Below are positions 36,946 to 50,718 of a DNA stretch of 64,000 nt, piece by piece. Every line of letters begins with the position of its first letter. Positions within the stretch are counted from its first letter, which is position 1. Both the position numbers and the translations under genes were made by a program. The notes beneath the pieces are model-generated. The model worked only from the letters and a program-made list of their open reading frames with translations. It did no database searches and was not told the origin of the DNA. The DNA comes from Felis catus (taxonomy: Eukaryota), in contig NC_058368.1 of the NCBI RefSeq assembly GCF_018350175.1, positions 32,738,001 to 32,802,000 on the forward strand, in the 5' to 3' direction.

Positions 36946-38118
36946 TACTGTTTATATTGGCTATTGTTTTGGCTCCATATCCTAATGTAGAACTCTATTT
37001 CATGCTACCTTTCCTTTTGGTGGTAAGTATCATTTTAAAACAGAAGCTAAGAATGCATCATTTCAAAAGGAAACACAGTTAAGCATATGTCCTCTACAGG
37101 ACTATCTATATCTGTGTATAGTAATATGAAAATACATATAATACATATTATAAAAAATATCCACATGTAATAGACATATGTGCTCTCTACTTGAAACTCA
37201 CTATTCAGTGTTTCATAATTTTATCTAGAAGATTGCTCTTGGAACAAAACTAAAAGTTTTGGGGAGGAGTGAAGGACAATGAAAACTTTCTCTTCCATCT
37301 CGCAACTCATAATCCCAGAGTGAAGGCTATTACTCTACTGGTGTTCAGTCTCATGAGCCAATCTTCAAAAACATCTGCAATTACATTCTGATTGTTAATG
37401 GCTTATGGTTACAGCTCACTGTATAATGTCTCTTGTTTTTAATTTTACTCCCCCAAAATTTGATTCATAAGAGTATATTTTTACAATCCTTGAAGTGATG
37501 ATGCATGTATGGTTCATTGATATCTGAGTGAGTGAATAGGACATTTTTGGCTAACACTGTTTATTTTGTTTCTTTGGTGGTTAGTGTCATCTTGTCTCTT
37601 TATAGGTAGAGTTGAGCTTCCCTGTCCTGAATATTTGAGCATTCCTTTTTCTAATATTTGTTTGACATATGTGCACAGGGCAACTTGGTTTTCCATCAGG
37701 TTTTCATTAGAAATTGTCGTACAATTACACGATCACATATAACTTAGGATATGTATTTTCTTGGGTCCACTTGTAACGGTCCTAATTAGTAATGAATTCT
37801 AATGTGATGACAAGAAAATATTGGCTAAAACAAAATTGTTCTATTTAGTGGACTATGCAGATTATTGATGTATGGCAATGCCAAATTATTTCCAAGAATG
37901 TGAAGAAATACAATACTTTTTAAATACTATCCTAAAACAAAAAAAGTAAAAATAAGTAAAAATAATGAATAAGAGGGCTCTTTAACAGATGTCTAAACTC
38001 AGTCATAATGCATGGGGATCGAAACAAAATCAGAGAGTATCCAGTTTCACACTTTATACTGTAGTTCAGTCTTTCCTGTAGGTGAAAAAGATGTTTCAGC
38101 TTTAAAATAGTATGTACA

Positions 38119-38323
38119 GGGGCACCTGGGTGGCTGTTGGTTGAGCATCTGACTTTGGCTCAGGTCATGATCTCACGGTTCACAAGTTCAAGCCCCGCAT
38201 CGGGCTCAGTGCTGACAGCTCAGAGCCTGGAGCCTGCTTCAGATTCTGTGTCTCTCCCTCTCTGCCCCTCCCCCTGCTCATGTTCTGTCTCTTTCTGTCT
38301 CTCACTAAAAATAAATGTTAAAA
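38119..38323 (+). mobile_element. Can-SINE
   Basis: TSD aaaatagtatgtaca / aaaatagtatgtata. Confidence 0.95.
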
Positions 38324-40462
38324 AAAATAGTATGTATAGCATTACTGTCAACAATACTAACTTAACCATGGTCGTGGTGTGTATATGTGCACACAAATGT
38401 GTATGTGTGTGTGTTCATAATCTATTAATAATGAACAGTTGATCTTATTTATACTCCTTATAAAGGTCAGTAAATATGATTTTTCTGTTTTTTTTTTTGT
38501 GTAAGAAAATGGCTCTTCAACTCTTCATAGTGTTCCCTTTTCTATTTTTTACTCCTCAAAAATTGATTCTTAAAATTGTTTTTGTAGTCCTTGAGATGCA
38601 TTGGTTCATGGCTATCTGAGTAAATACATGAGGACATTTCTGACTACATTTAAAAAGCATGTATGTCATAATAGAGCTTGGTCAAGAATAATGACTAAAG
38701 AAATTGTTTATGAATTGGTGAAAAATTTATAAGTAAAATTAATATTTAACTGTTGTGTATAGTTCGGTAGGCTTGAAATCTGGGATAGTTTCTCCACCTT
38801 ATTCCAAATAGTTGGGGTGGCATTTTAGAGCATGGTGGTCAGCTGTACTTTCTGCTATGTAACTTTAGTAGTACAAAAATATGAGCAGATTCTTAGAAAA
38901 CATTGACAAATAGTGACAGGCAATATACATGATATATTTAAGCCTCCTACTAAATCATAATAAGTAAATCTAAATAGAAAGACCCAGAATTGATGATGAA
39001 TAAATATTGAATAAATATTGATCTTTCAGTAAAAAGTAGCTTAATGTGAAATAGTCAATCTCATTGCAAGTGCATATATATAAATGCTTAGGTTTATAAG
39101 GGGGTTAAGGAAAACTTAACCAGTCATGAATAGGTTCTCTAATAGCATATCATTTCTAGTTATGAAGTATTTTTAAGTATAAATATCATTCAGGTGTGAA
39201 ATTTTAAATGAGCATAACTGAATCTAGAGGATGATGGAATATATGCTTTAAATATTTAATAAACAACAATACATTTTTCATGGTAATTTGACACTTATAA
39301 TATAACATACCACAATTAAGATTCTTTATTGCTTCAGGTACTGAAGGATTCATACTTATTTTGATATGATGGGTTCATAGTCTCTTACTTTAGGGGGATA
39401 AACCCAAATTGAAAATGAAAATGCTTTTGGTAATTATCTGTCCCAATGGGCAAGCACTTCAAAATTCTCCTCTTAAATACCAACAGAACACTTAAATAGG
39501 TTCTGGAGATATGATAATATTAAAGTTGTCAAGGAAGGCCTATCACAAAGTATGTTTTGGTAGTTTTCCTTTATTACTTTAGTTATTGTGCTTTAAAAGG
39601 CAACTTGGGAAGATTTTCCTAATTGTTACTACTAAATACTAATAGTGAACAAGCATAATAGATTTTGTTTTTGTTTTTGTTACTTAGATGATAAAAATAA
39701 CTGTTGTATTATTATTTAGAATCCCTTATTAAAATGCTTGGGGGTAAACAAAGGGGATTCCATTTATATTCTAGTTTGTACCTCACTTAAGAAGCTTTTG
39801 TAGCTTTTTTTTTTCACCTGGGCAACTATTCTATAGTGTGAAAGATAAAATTACAACAAACAAAACATAGCCTAATTTATTTACTGACTAGCCACAGAAG
39901 TTTGACTTAATTATTTTCCATTTAACTATAAAAGAAAGGACCACTTAACATAGCAAGCAATTTTATCAATTAAGAAGTAATTCATGTTTACTATTTAACT
40001 GACAACTTTACTTCTCCTTTTGAAATAATTAGTTAGCTTCTGTATTATTCTGTAAATTATAATTTTGTTATAAATTTTGCTTTTGAATTTTGTCACCCAC
40101 CTGTTAGAACTTAAATAAATACATGATAACTTGTTTCCTTATACCACAGCTTCTCACTCTATCCATTTTTCCTAATAAAATCATAAATTGTTCAAAACAC
40201 ATTCAAATACATTAGAACGCTATTATACTATTTAAGCTATTTAGTATGCATTTATTCATTTCCATAATGAGGATAAATGGGTGTTTGACTTGAATTTCAA
40301 CTTCAAATTGTGTGTCTGCAATAGAGTTTATCCCAAGATGTGAATTTTTCTTTTTTGCAAATAACTCTGTTAGATTTAATAGACATTTGCTGTGTATTTG
40401 GATGAAATTATTACTTAAACCATTTGATCTGCCAGGTGTTAATAGGCAAATACTAAACATAC

Positions 40463-40510
40463 TTGTGTGCTTTCCAATTCCCCTTTGTTTATTTTCTTCA
40501 TCTCTATCAG
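40463..40510 (-). other. Candidate micro-exon (48 nt)
   Basis: ctttcccttaattatgtctacag|CTGATAGAG...CACACAA|gtatgt; open in phase 0 (LIEMKKINKGELESTQ) and phase 1; splice signals only. Confidence 0.25.
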
Positions 40511-41075
40511 CTGTAGACATAATTAAGGGAAAGCCTTTGCAAAATTATTTTTTTACACAATTAAAGTGAGTTTTAGCAGATTGTTCTTGAATATATATAC
40601 ATATTTATACATATATGTGCATACTATATGCATATGTATTTTCTGAATTAGGCTAGTCATAGTTTACTGTCAGTTTTCAATATAAATAAGAGTTATTTTT
40701 TAATTGCTTAAATGCTGCCTATCATACCTCTGTTTAACGTATTATATCTTCAATAGTGATGTAGAATGATTTCTTATGGGAAATGGGAAGCTTCCAGAAA
40801 GACATAACTGTTCTTTCCTGTTAATTCATATCACACTACTGAATTTTAATAAAGCCTGGCCAGTTTATTAGTCATTAATAATGTTTTCATATAAGCGAGC
40901 TAAATACTAACTCTAAGGGAGCAGCATGTCACTTATACCAACAACCAAACCACAGCTCTCTTTTAACGTGAGTTGCTTTTGTACACATACATACACCATG
41001 ATGAAATAGGAATTTTGCCTCTAATAGAATCAAAAAAGGAAAGGGAGAAACATTCTTTGATTATTTTGATATTTT

Positions 41076-41293
41076 ATTTAAAAAATTTTTTTAACGTTTA
41101 TTTATTTTTGGGACAGAGAGAGACAGAGCATGAACGGGGGAGGGTCAGAGAGAGAGGGAGACACAATCCGAAACAGGCTCCAGGCTCTGAGCAGTCAGCA
41201 TAGAGCCCGACACGGGGTTTGAACTCACGGACCGGGAGATCATGACCTGAGCCGAAGTCGGACGCTTAACCGACTGAGCCACCCAGGCGCCCC
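41076..41293 (-). mobile_element. Can-SINE (young) in the L1 tail
   Basis: CpG-rich; TSD ttgatatttt at 41066-41075 and 41294-41303. Confidence 0.95.
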
Positions 41294-43036
41294 TTGATAT
41301 TTTGAAATTGAGGTATAATTGACATATAACATTATAAGAGTTTCAGTTTACAGCATGATTTGATGTGTACACATTGCAAAAATGATAACTACAAGTTAAC
41401 ATCCATTACCTTACACAGTTAAAATTATTTTTTTTTTGTGATGAGAAATTTTATTAGCGACTTTCAGTATGCAATCTAGTTTGTTTTCTATAGTCAGCTT
41501 TCTGTACATTACATCCCCATGACTGTTTATTTTATAACTGGAAGTCTGTGCCTTTTGATCCTCTTTACCCATTTATTCTGTCTCCCTAACCCTGCCTCTG
41601 TTCTCTGTATTTGAGATTGGTTTTTATTGGTCTGTTTTTGTTTTCGTGTATGCTTTTGTTTTGTTAGATTCCACATAGAAATGAGATCCAGATGGTTTTT
41701 TTTTCTTTCTCTATCTGACTTATTTCACTCAGAGGTCCATAATCAGAATGCCTTAGAGGTCTATTCCTGTTGTCACAAATAACAGTATTTCATTTTTACG
41801 GGTAAATAATATTCCATTGTGTGTGTGTGCGTGTGTGTGTGTATCACAGTTTATTTATCCATTCATCTGTTGATGGACACTTAGGTTGTTTCCATATCTT
41901 GACCGTTGTAAATAATGCTGCAATGAACATAGGAGTGCATATATCTTTTTGAGTTACGTGTTTCCATTTTCTTCACATAAAGACTCAGCAGCAGAATTGC
42001 TGGACCATGTGATAGTTCTAGTTATTATTTTTTGAGGAACTCCAATACTGCTTTTCATAGTGACTGTGCCAGTTTATATTTCAATCAACAGTGTACAAGA
42101 GTTGCCATTTATCCACATCCTTGCCAACACCTGTTATTTCTTGTCTTTTTGGTAAACCCATCCTAACTAGTGTGAGGTGATATCTCATTGTGGCTTTCAT
42201 TTTCATTTCCCTAATTGTTAATGATGGTTGAATATCTTTTAATGGCTATCTGAACATCTTCTTTGGGAAAATGTCTACTCAGATTTTCTGCCCATTTTTA
42301 ATGGGGTTGTTTGTTTTTTTACATTGAGTTGTAAGAGTTATTTATGTATTTTGGATATTAACCCCTTATCAGGTATAAGATTTGCAGATATGTTCTCTCA
42401 TTCAGTATATTGACTTTTCATTTTGTTGATGATTTCCTTTGCTGTGCAGATCTTTAGTTTGATTTAGTCCCACTTGTTTATTTTTGCTTTTGTTTCTTTT
42501 CCTTTTGGTGATAAAGAACTTATTGGTGTTTTATAGTTTTACGCCCTATGTTCAAATCTTTAATACTTTTGTGTATAGTGTAAGCTAGTGGTCCAGTTTC
42601 ATTTTTTTTAAGTAGCTATCCAGTTTTATAAGCACCATTTTTTGAAGAGACTGTTCTTCATACACTTATATCTTGGTTCCTTTGCCATAATTTAATCGAT
42701 AATATATGTGTGCCTTTATTTTTCAGCTCTCTATTCTGTTACATTAATCTACGTATCTGTTTTTATGCCAGTAGCATACTGTTTGTTTACTATAGCCTTG
42801 TGGTATAGTTGGTAATTCCAGCTGTGTTCTTCTTTCTCAAGATTACTTGGCAATTCGGAGTCTTCTTGACTCCCTAAAATTTTAGGATTTTTTTTTTTTA
42901 CTGTGAAAAAGGTATTGTGAATTTTTGTAGAAATTATATTGAATCTGTAGATTGTTTTGGATAGTATGCACATTTTAACAATTTTAATCCTTCCAATCCA
43001 TGAGCATGGATTTCTTTCCATTTATTTGTGTCTTCT

Positions 43037-43103
43037 TTATTTTATTTTATTTTCTCTTATTTTATTTTAGAGAATGTGAGTGGGGGAGAGGGAGGGAGGG
43101 AGG

Positions 43104-43151
<48 letters not shown>

Positions 43152-43274
43152 CTTAAGCAGGCTCCATGTTCAATGCAGAGCCGAATGCAGGGCTCAATCT
43201 CACAACCCTGGGATCACGACCTGAGCTGAAATCAGGAGTGAGCTGCTCAACTGACTGACCCACCCAGGTGCCCC
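43037..43274 (-). mobile_element. Can-SINE within L1 ORF2, with long (GA)n
   Basis: SINEC body ending cacccaggtgcccc. Confidence 0.93.
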
Positions 43275-46200
43275 TTCTTCCATTTCTTTCAGTAATGCCT
43301 TGTAGTTTTTAATGTATCGGTCTTTTATATCCTTGGTTAAGTTTATTTCTAGGTATTTTACTCTTTTTCATGAAATTATAAATGGGATTTTTTTTCTTGA
43401 TTTCTATTTCTGATAATTTGTTATTAATGTATAGAAATATAACAGATTTTTAATATTGATTTTGTATCCTACAACTGTACTGGATTATTTTATTCTAACA
43501 TTTTTATGGTATATCTTAAGGATTTTCTATATATAATATCATGTCCTCTTCAAATACTAACAGTTTTACTTTTTCTTTTCCAATTTGGATGAATTTTATT
43601 TCTTTTTCTTGCTTAATTGATCTGGTTAGGACTTACAATACTATGTTGAATAAAAGTCCTAAGTATAGGAATCCTTGTCTTATGTCTGATCTTAGAGGAA
43701 AAGCTTTCAGCTTTTCACCATTGAATATAATGTTAGCTCTGAGCTTTTCATATATGATCTTTGTTATGTTGAGATATGTTCTTTCCACAATCACTTTGTT
43801 AAGAGTTTTTAATCATGAATGGATGTTGAATTTTGTCAGATTCTTTTTATTCATGTGTTGAGATGATCATATGATTTTTATTCTTCATTTTGTTAATGTG
43901 ATGTGTCACATTGATTAATTTGTGAGTGTTGAGACATTCTTTCATCCCTGGAATAAATCCCACTTGATCATGGTGTGTGATCTTTTTAATGTTTTGTTGA
44001 ATTTGGTTTGTTAATATTTTGTTGAAGATTTTTCATATGTGTTAGGGTTATTGGCTTGTATTTTTCTTTTCTTGTGGTGTCCTTGTTTGATTTTGGTATC
44101 TGAGTTATGCTGGCTTTCTAAAATGAGTTTGGAAGGATTCTGTCTTCTATATTTTAGAAGAGTTTACCAAATAATTAGTATCAATTCTTCTCTGAATGTT
44201 TGGTAGAATTCATTAGTGAAACTGTCTGGTTCTGGACTTTCGTTTGTTGGGAGGTTTTTGATTACTGATTCAATGACTTTTGTTAAGGTTTTCTATTTCT
44301 TCATGATTTCGTCTTGGCAGGTTGTGTATTTTAGGATTTTTTCAATTCTAGGTTTTCCAATTTGTTGGTGTATAACTGTTCATAGTCGTCTCTTATGATC
44401 CTTTGTGTTTCTGTGGTATCAATTGTAATGTCTCCTTTTTCATTTCTGATTTTATTTATTTGAGTCGTTTCTTTTTCTTGGTGAGTTTTACTGAAGTGTT
44501 GTCAATTGTGTTTATTTTTTCAAAGAACCAGGTCTTAGTTTCATTGATCTTTTCTATCATCTTTTTAGTCTTTATGTCAGTTATTTCTGCTGTGATCTTT
44601 GTTATTTTTTTCAAATGTTGGACTTTGTTCAGCAATTTCAGTTATTTGAGGTGTAAAGTTCGGTTGTTTATTTGAGATTTTTTCTTGTCTCTTGAGTTAG
44701 GCACTTATCTCTATGAACGGCTCTTAAAACTGCTTTTGTTGCATTCCATTATTTTGTCATGTTGTATTTGCATTTTAACTAGTCTCAAAGTAGTTTTTAA
44801 TTTGTCTCTGATTTCTCCTTTGACCCATTCATTTGTTGTAGCATGTTGTTTAATTTTCACATATTAGTGATTTCTCAGTTTTCTTCTGTAATTAATTTTT
44901 ATTTTTGTACAATTGAGATCAGAAAAGATGGTTGTGATTATTTCAGTCCTCTTAAATTTATTAATACTTTTCTTCTGATCCATCTGGAAGAATGTTATAG
45001 GTGTATTTGAGAGCAATGTGTATTCTTTTGTTTTTGGATTGAAAGTTTTGTATTATTTGTTGAATCCATCTGGTCTATTGTTTCATTTAAGACTGTTGTT
45101 TCCTTATAGATTTTCTGTATGGATGATCTATCCATTTGTGTAAGTGAGATATTAAAATCCCCTACTAAAATTGTGTTGCTGATTATTTCTCTCTTTAGAT
45201 CTATTGATATTTACTTTATATATTTAAGTGTTTCTATGTTGGGTACATAAATATTTACAAATACCAGAAAAATAAAAAAAAATATGCTGGCACCTACCAG
45301 ACAGAGGGAGAGCACAAAGTTGGTGCCTTCCAGTCTCTGTCCCTGGAGATAGGTATTCCAGTAGTCTACTAGATTTTTGTATTAAATTAGATGCCTGCCC
45401 CTCAGGCCAATACATTAATATGAGCAAATGAGCCTCTTTCTCTTAACATTTGAACATGATTGTTTGCCCATGAGCTGGGTCCTGGGTTTAGTGAGTTTTA
45501 GTGTATAAGCCATCTAGGGGGCCACGTAGGGGCCTTTTCTCATTTACAATAGTCCTTGGTCTTATGGATATGAATTCTATTGGTTTTTAAAGCTAGATAT
45601 TTTGGGGGCTTTTCCTTCAGGTGAAGTTCTTAAAAGTTGAGTTGCCCAAAATGAGGTTCAAACTGTTCAGGTCTCAGGGAGAAGCTTTGGTCTTGAGTCC
45701 TCTCCTGATTGTGGTTTGCCATTCTGGGTTGGCTTTATCATGAGATTATGTCCCTACCTGCTTCAGTGTTCTTTTCTTCTTATTTGCCCAGTGTGTAGTT
45801 ATTGTTCTATTGTTTCCAGAGGAAATTGCTCATATGTAACTCTGGGCTTGGTATGACTGTGGGAGGACATAAGTTCAGGATCTTCCTATGTTGCCATATT
45901 GAACTTTAACACATTCTTTGATTCATTTAATAGGTGTTTATCAAGTGCCTAAGATAGAAAGACACTGTGCCAAGTACTGTTAGTAATCCAGATAAAAGGA
46001 GCATACAGACTTCTCTTTCTGGGATATGACAAGTTGAACTATTTTAACTGACTTTCTCATTGAAAATGCAATGCATAAAATTACTAGAATATAGTTCTAA
46101 AATATTCTTGATAAGATAAAGAAAATGAGGTATAATCACCATAATCCAGAACATTCATGATAGAAACATTCATCTATTTCACTGGGAATATGGTTACAAG

Positions 46201-46469
46201 GGATTGTAAGCAAACCTGCCCAAACTGTGCCTGGAGAGAGTATATTTTTATTATCTTGGAAAACAAACATATATGCATTCTGCTATTGAGAGAGACATTG
46301 TCTATGTTCCAAAGCTATTTAGTATACAAATAATATTGAAAAAATTGTCCAAATCACAAGCTGTTAATGCCTTTGATTAGCAGAAGAAATATGAGAGACA
46401 AGGAATTTGTCTGTCAACAATACTTCCTAATGACAGGTCTGCTTCAGTTATTATTTTTGTTTGCCTATA

Positions 46470-47195
46470 GGTGATGTGCTTTTACTCCTCTAGCTGTCTC
46501 ATGATACTCTATTCATCATTGTACTTTACTGTTTTCTTTAAATGTTTATTTATTTAGAAAGAAAAAAAGTACACACATGCGTGCGATCAATACAGGGGCA
46601 GAAAGAGAGGGGGAGAGAATGCCAAGCAGCCTCTGTGTTGTCAGCATGCTTGACATGGGGATCAGTCTCATGACTGTGATATCGTGACCTGAGCTGAAGT
46701 CAAAAGTTGGACACTCAACTGACTGAGCCACCCAGCCGCCCCTGTATGTTATTGTTTTAATTATAATTTTTTCTAGTTGTATTGTTGTTGCTGCTGGTGT
46801 TGTTGCTGTTATTATTATTTTTTCTCTTTTGTGTCGTCTGAGGTTTTGGCTCTTTGATTTTATGTCTTTTATTTCTTTTGAAAAATGCTCACCCAATATC
46901 TTTTAAAGTACTCTTCTACCACATTCTGTCTCTAATCATATGAGATTTCAGTTGTACTTATGTCAGTCCATTGGAAATTGCCCTACAGTCCTTGGCTGCT
47001 CTGCTCTATTTAAGTCTCATTTTTTCCCTCAAGTCCTTTTTATTTATTTATTTTTTGTTTTTTTCAATGATACTCACTTTGGAAAATTTCTTTTAACTAT
47101 CTTCAAGTTCATTGATTATTTTCTTCAGTTATGTTCATTCTACTGATGAGTCTAACTAAGGCATTCTTCATCTTGTTACCATATTTTTCATTTTT
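46470..47195 (-). mobile_element. Ancient L1M ORF1-region relic
   Basis: tcttcaagttcattgatt..ttcattctactgatgag..aaggcattcttcatc. Confidence 0.6.
46536..46742 (-). mobile_element. Can-SINE
   Basis: Degenerate TSD tgtactttactgtttt / tgtatgttattgtttt. Confidence 0.9.
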
Positions 47196-47605
47196 TAATA
47201 GAATTGAATAGATTTATACAAGACTATGTGGAATTCACATTTAGATATAACATACTTTTCTGAAAAAAATATAAAAACATAATTCTTGTCTCAAGAAAGA
47301 GAATTATCGTTAAGAAAAATAGGAGCTTATCAAGAATTCCAGGTAGGATAAAAACTATGCTGAAAGCTTGAAAATGAGAAGCAAAATATTTTCAAGTGTA
47401 ATCATGCTAAGGAAAGAAATACCTTGGTGGCATGGGCCTTAAACAAGAATTTTCCAATCTCCTTATAAAGACATTTGACAAAAGCTGAAGGTGAGTGGAG
47501 TTGTAGATTGAAAGGCAAGGCAACATTGGAAACAATGCTGGTTATTTTCATAGGTTTTTAGAACTGAAGAGGTAACTATTTTCCTGGAATTCTTTCAAAA
47601 GCTCA

Positions 47606-47990
47606 TAAGTCAAAAAGAGAAAGATAAACACTGTATGGTATCTCTTATATATGGAATCTTAAAAAATATAAACAATCATAAATAGTCAAATTCATAGACA
47701 CAGAGCGTAGAAAAGTGATTGCCAGGAGCTGGGGTTTTGGAGAATTGGGAGAAAGTGGTAAAAGGGTACAAAATCTCAGCTGTAAGGTAAATAAGGTCTG
47801 AAGATCTAATGTAAAATCTGTGACTGTAGTTGTTGACACTATATATATGATTGAAATTTTCTGAGAGTAGAACTTAAACATTCTCTGACACATAAAAAAT
47901 CAAGTCACCATGATATATTCTACTTTAAATATTTTATAATTATATATGTCAATTATATCTCAATAAAGCTGAAATTTTAAAAAAAATAAA
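47606..47990 (+). mobile_element. L1MA/MB 3' end
   Basis: aaagataaacactgtatggtatctcttatatatggaatct..aataaggtctgaagatctaatgta..atctcaataaagctg. Confidence 0.85.
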
Positions 47991-48099
47991 ACAAAGTTAA
48001 GAACAAAAAACAAAACCGAAAACAAGCAAACAAACAAGAAACAAATCTCATTAGGGTCAGGCACAAGAACAAGGGAAAGCTAGAGGTGGTTTGAATCTT

Positions 48100-49859
48100 T
48101 TTTTTTTTTTTTCAATATATGAAATTTATTGCCAAATTGGTTTCCATACAACACCCAGTGCTCATACCAAAAGGTGCCCTCCTCAATACCCATCACCCAC
48201 CCCCCCTCCCTTCCACCCCCCATCAACCCTCAGTTTGTTCTCAGTTTTTCAGAGTCTCTTATGCTTTGGCTCACTTCCACTCTAACCTCTTTTTTTTTCC
48301 TTCCCCTCCCCCATGGGTTTCTGATAAGTTTCTCAGGATCCACATAAGAGTGAAACCATATGGTATCTGTCTTTCTCTGTATGGCTTATTTCACTTAGCA
48401 TCACACTCTCCAGTTCCATCCACGTTGCTACAAAAGGCCATATTTCATTCTTTCTCATTGCCACGTAGTACTCCATTGTGTACATAAACCACAATTTCTT
48501 TACCCATTCATCAGTTGATGGACATTTAGGCTCTTTCCACAATTTGGCTATTGTTGAGAGTGCTGCTATAAACATTGGGGTACAAGTGTCCCATGCATCA
48601 GTACTCCTATATCCCTTGGGTAAATTCCTAGCAGTGCTACTGCTGGGTCATAGGGTAGGTCTATTTTTAATTTTTTGAGGAACCTCCACATGGTTTTCCA
48701 GAGTGGCTGCACCAGTTTGCATTCCCACCAACAGTGCAAGAGGGTTCCCATTTCTCCACATCCTCTCCAGCATCTATAGTCTCCTGATTTGTTCATTTTA
48801 GCCACTCTGACTGGCGTGAGGTGATATCTGAGTGTGGTTTTGATTTGTATTTCCCTGATGAGGAGCGACGTTGAGCATCTTTTCAAGTGCCTGTTGGCCA
48901 GCCAGATGTCTTCTTTAGAGAAGTGTCTATTCATGTTTTCTGCCCATTTCTTCACTGGGTTGTTTGTTTTTCGGGTGTGGAGTTTGGTGAGCTCTTTATA
49001 GATTTTGGATACTAGCCGTTTGTCCGATATGTCATTTGCGAATATCTTTTCCCATTCCGTTGGTTGCCTTTTAGTTTTGTTGGTTGTTTCCTTTGCTGTG
49101 CAGAAGTTTTTTTTATCTTCATAAGGTCCCAGTAGTTCATTTTTGCTTTTAATTCCCTTGTCTTTGGGGATGTGTCGAGTAAGGAATTGCTACGGCTGAG
49201 GTCAGAGAGGTTTTTTCCTGCTTTCTCCTCTAGGGTTTTGATGGTTTCCTGTCTCACATTCAGGTCTTTTATCCATTTTGAGTTTATTTTTGTGAATGGT
49301 GTGAGAAAGTGGTCTAGTTTCAACCTTCTGCATGTTGCTGTCCAGTTCTCCCAGCACCATTTGTTGAAGAGACTGTCTTTTTTCCATTGGCTGTTCTTTC
49401 CTGCTTTGTCAAAGATTAGTTGGCCATATGTTTGTGGGTCTAGTTCTGGGGTTTCGATTCTATTCCATTGGTCTATGTGTCTGTTTTTGTGCCAATGCCA
49501 TGCTGTCTTGATGATGACAGCTTTGTAGTAGAGGCTAAAGTCTGGGATTGTGATGCCTCCTGCTTTGGTCTTCTTCTTCAAAATTACTTTGGCCATTTGG
49601 CGCCTTTTGTGGTTCCATATGAATTTTAGGATTGCTTGTTCTAGCTTTGAGAAGAATGCTGGTGCAATTTTGATTGGGATTGCATTGAATGTGTAGATAG
49701 CTTTGGGTAGTATTGACATTTTGACAATATTTATTCTTCCAATCCATGAGCATGGAATGTTTTTCCATTTCTTTATATCTTCTTCAGTTTCCTTCACAAG
49801 ATTTCTATAGTTTTCAGCATACAGATCCTTTACATCTTTGGTTAGATTTATCCCTAGAC
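48100..49859 (-). mobile_element. Young 5'-truncated felid L1 (ORF2 C-terminal part plus 3'UTR and poly-A)
   Basis: ORFs 49012-49905, 48566-48955 and 48333-48575 are L1 ORF2 ([43 protein letters not shown]); perfect 14-bp TSD gtggtttgaatctt at 48086-48099 and 49860-49873. Confidence 0.97.
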
Positions 49860-49960
49860 GTGGTTTGAATCTTAATGAAACTGAAACACTGCCTTGACCT
49901 GGCAAAATATGTTACTGGTAGAGCTAATTAGTTCTTTATCTGATTTTATTGTGATTTCTT

Positions 49961-50165
49961 TTTCTTTAAATGTTTATTTATTTGGAGAAAGAGAGTGAGG
50001 CTGGAGGAGGAGCAAAGATAGAGAGGGAGAGGGAGAGAATCCCAAGCAGGCTCTACACTATGAGGACAGAGCCCAACACAGGGCTCAAACTTACAAGCCA
50101 TGAGATTATACCTGAGCTGAAATCAAGAGTCAGATGCTTAACCGACTGAGCCACCCAGGCACCCC
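49961..50165 (-). mobile_element. Can-SINE
   Basis: SINEC body; TSD-like tattgtgatttc / tattatgattttc. Confidence 0.92.
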
Positions 50166-50525
50166 TATTATGATTTTCTTTACCATAATTATTAAAGGAA
50201 ACATGTACTAACAGCTTATAAAATCTTTACCTGAAATGGAGAAACGTTTTTTTGTGAAGTTAGCATTTGATACCAAACCTGAGAACATTGTGTGAAAGGA
50301 AATTACAGGCCTATTTTTTTTTTTCATGAATATGGTGTGCACAATCTCATAAAAAGCAATACAAATAAAATTCAGTGAATACACTGTGGTAAAAATAACA
50401 AAATGTAATTTATTCCAAAAACAAAAGATTGGTTTCACATTTGAAGACTTAAAAAAATCCAATGCAAACACACACACAAAAAAGTAAAAAAAAACATTCA
50501 TTTCAAATAGCTATAAAAAGTTGTT

Positions 50526-50718
50526 ATTATTATTATCATTATTAATGTTTATTTATTTTTGAGAGGGGGAGAGAGAGAGAGAGAGAGGGAGACACAGAAT
50601 CCAGAGCAGGTTCCAGCCTTTGAGCTGTGAGCACAGAGCCTGATGTGGGGCTCGAACTCACAAACTGTGAGCTCATGACCTGAGTCTAAGTCAGCCAAGT
50701 GAGCCACCCAGGCACCCC
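50526..50718 (-). mobile_element. Can-SINE
   Basis: SINEC body ending gccacccaggcacccc. Confidence 0.92.

Larger units (their letters stand above)
41063..45910 (-). mobile_element. L1MA9-like element with 5'UTR, ORF2 and 3' end but lacking ORF1
   Basis: 5' terminus reads gttcaatatggcaacataggaagatcctgaac on the minus strand (about 45875-45904); ORF2 decayed (ORF track CSWIGRIKIVKMCILSKTIYRFN); TSD acattctttgatt at 41050-41062 and 45911-45923. Confidence 0.88.

Noticed and set aside
378..38442. Recurring ORFs such as MAQSVERPNLAQVMIS...SVLTAQSLEPASDSVS (378, 1513, 10776, 15398, 38137)
   Set aside because: They are translations of Can-SINE copies, not a protein family
49012..49905. 297-aa ORF as a host gene
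   Set aside because: It is L1 ORF2 C-terminal sequence within a truncated, TSD-flanked insertion
36000..50260. Idea that old plus-strand L1 relics ending at about 36050 and starting at about 50180 are one element split by 14 kb
   Set aside because: They appear to overlap in ORF2 coordinates and unique DNA lies between them; more likely independent copies
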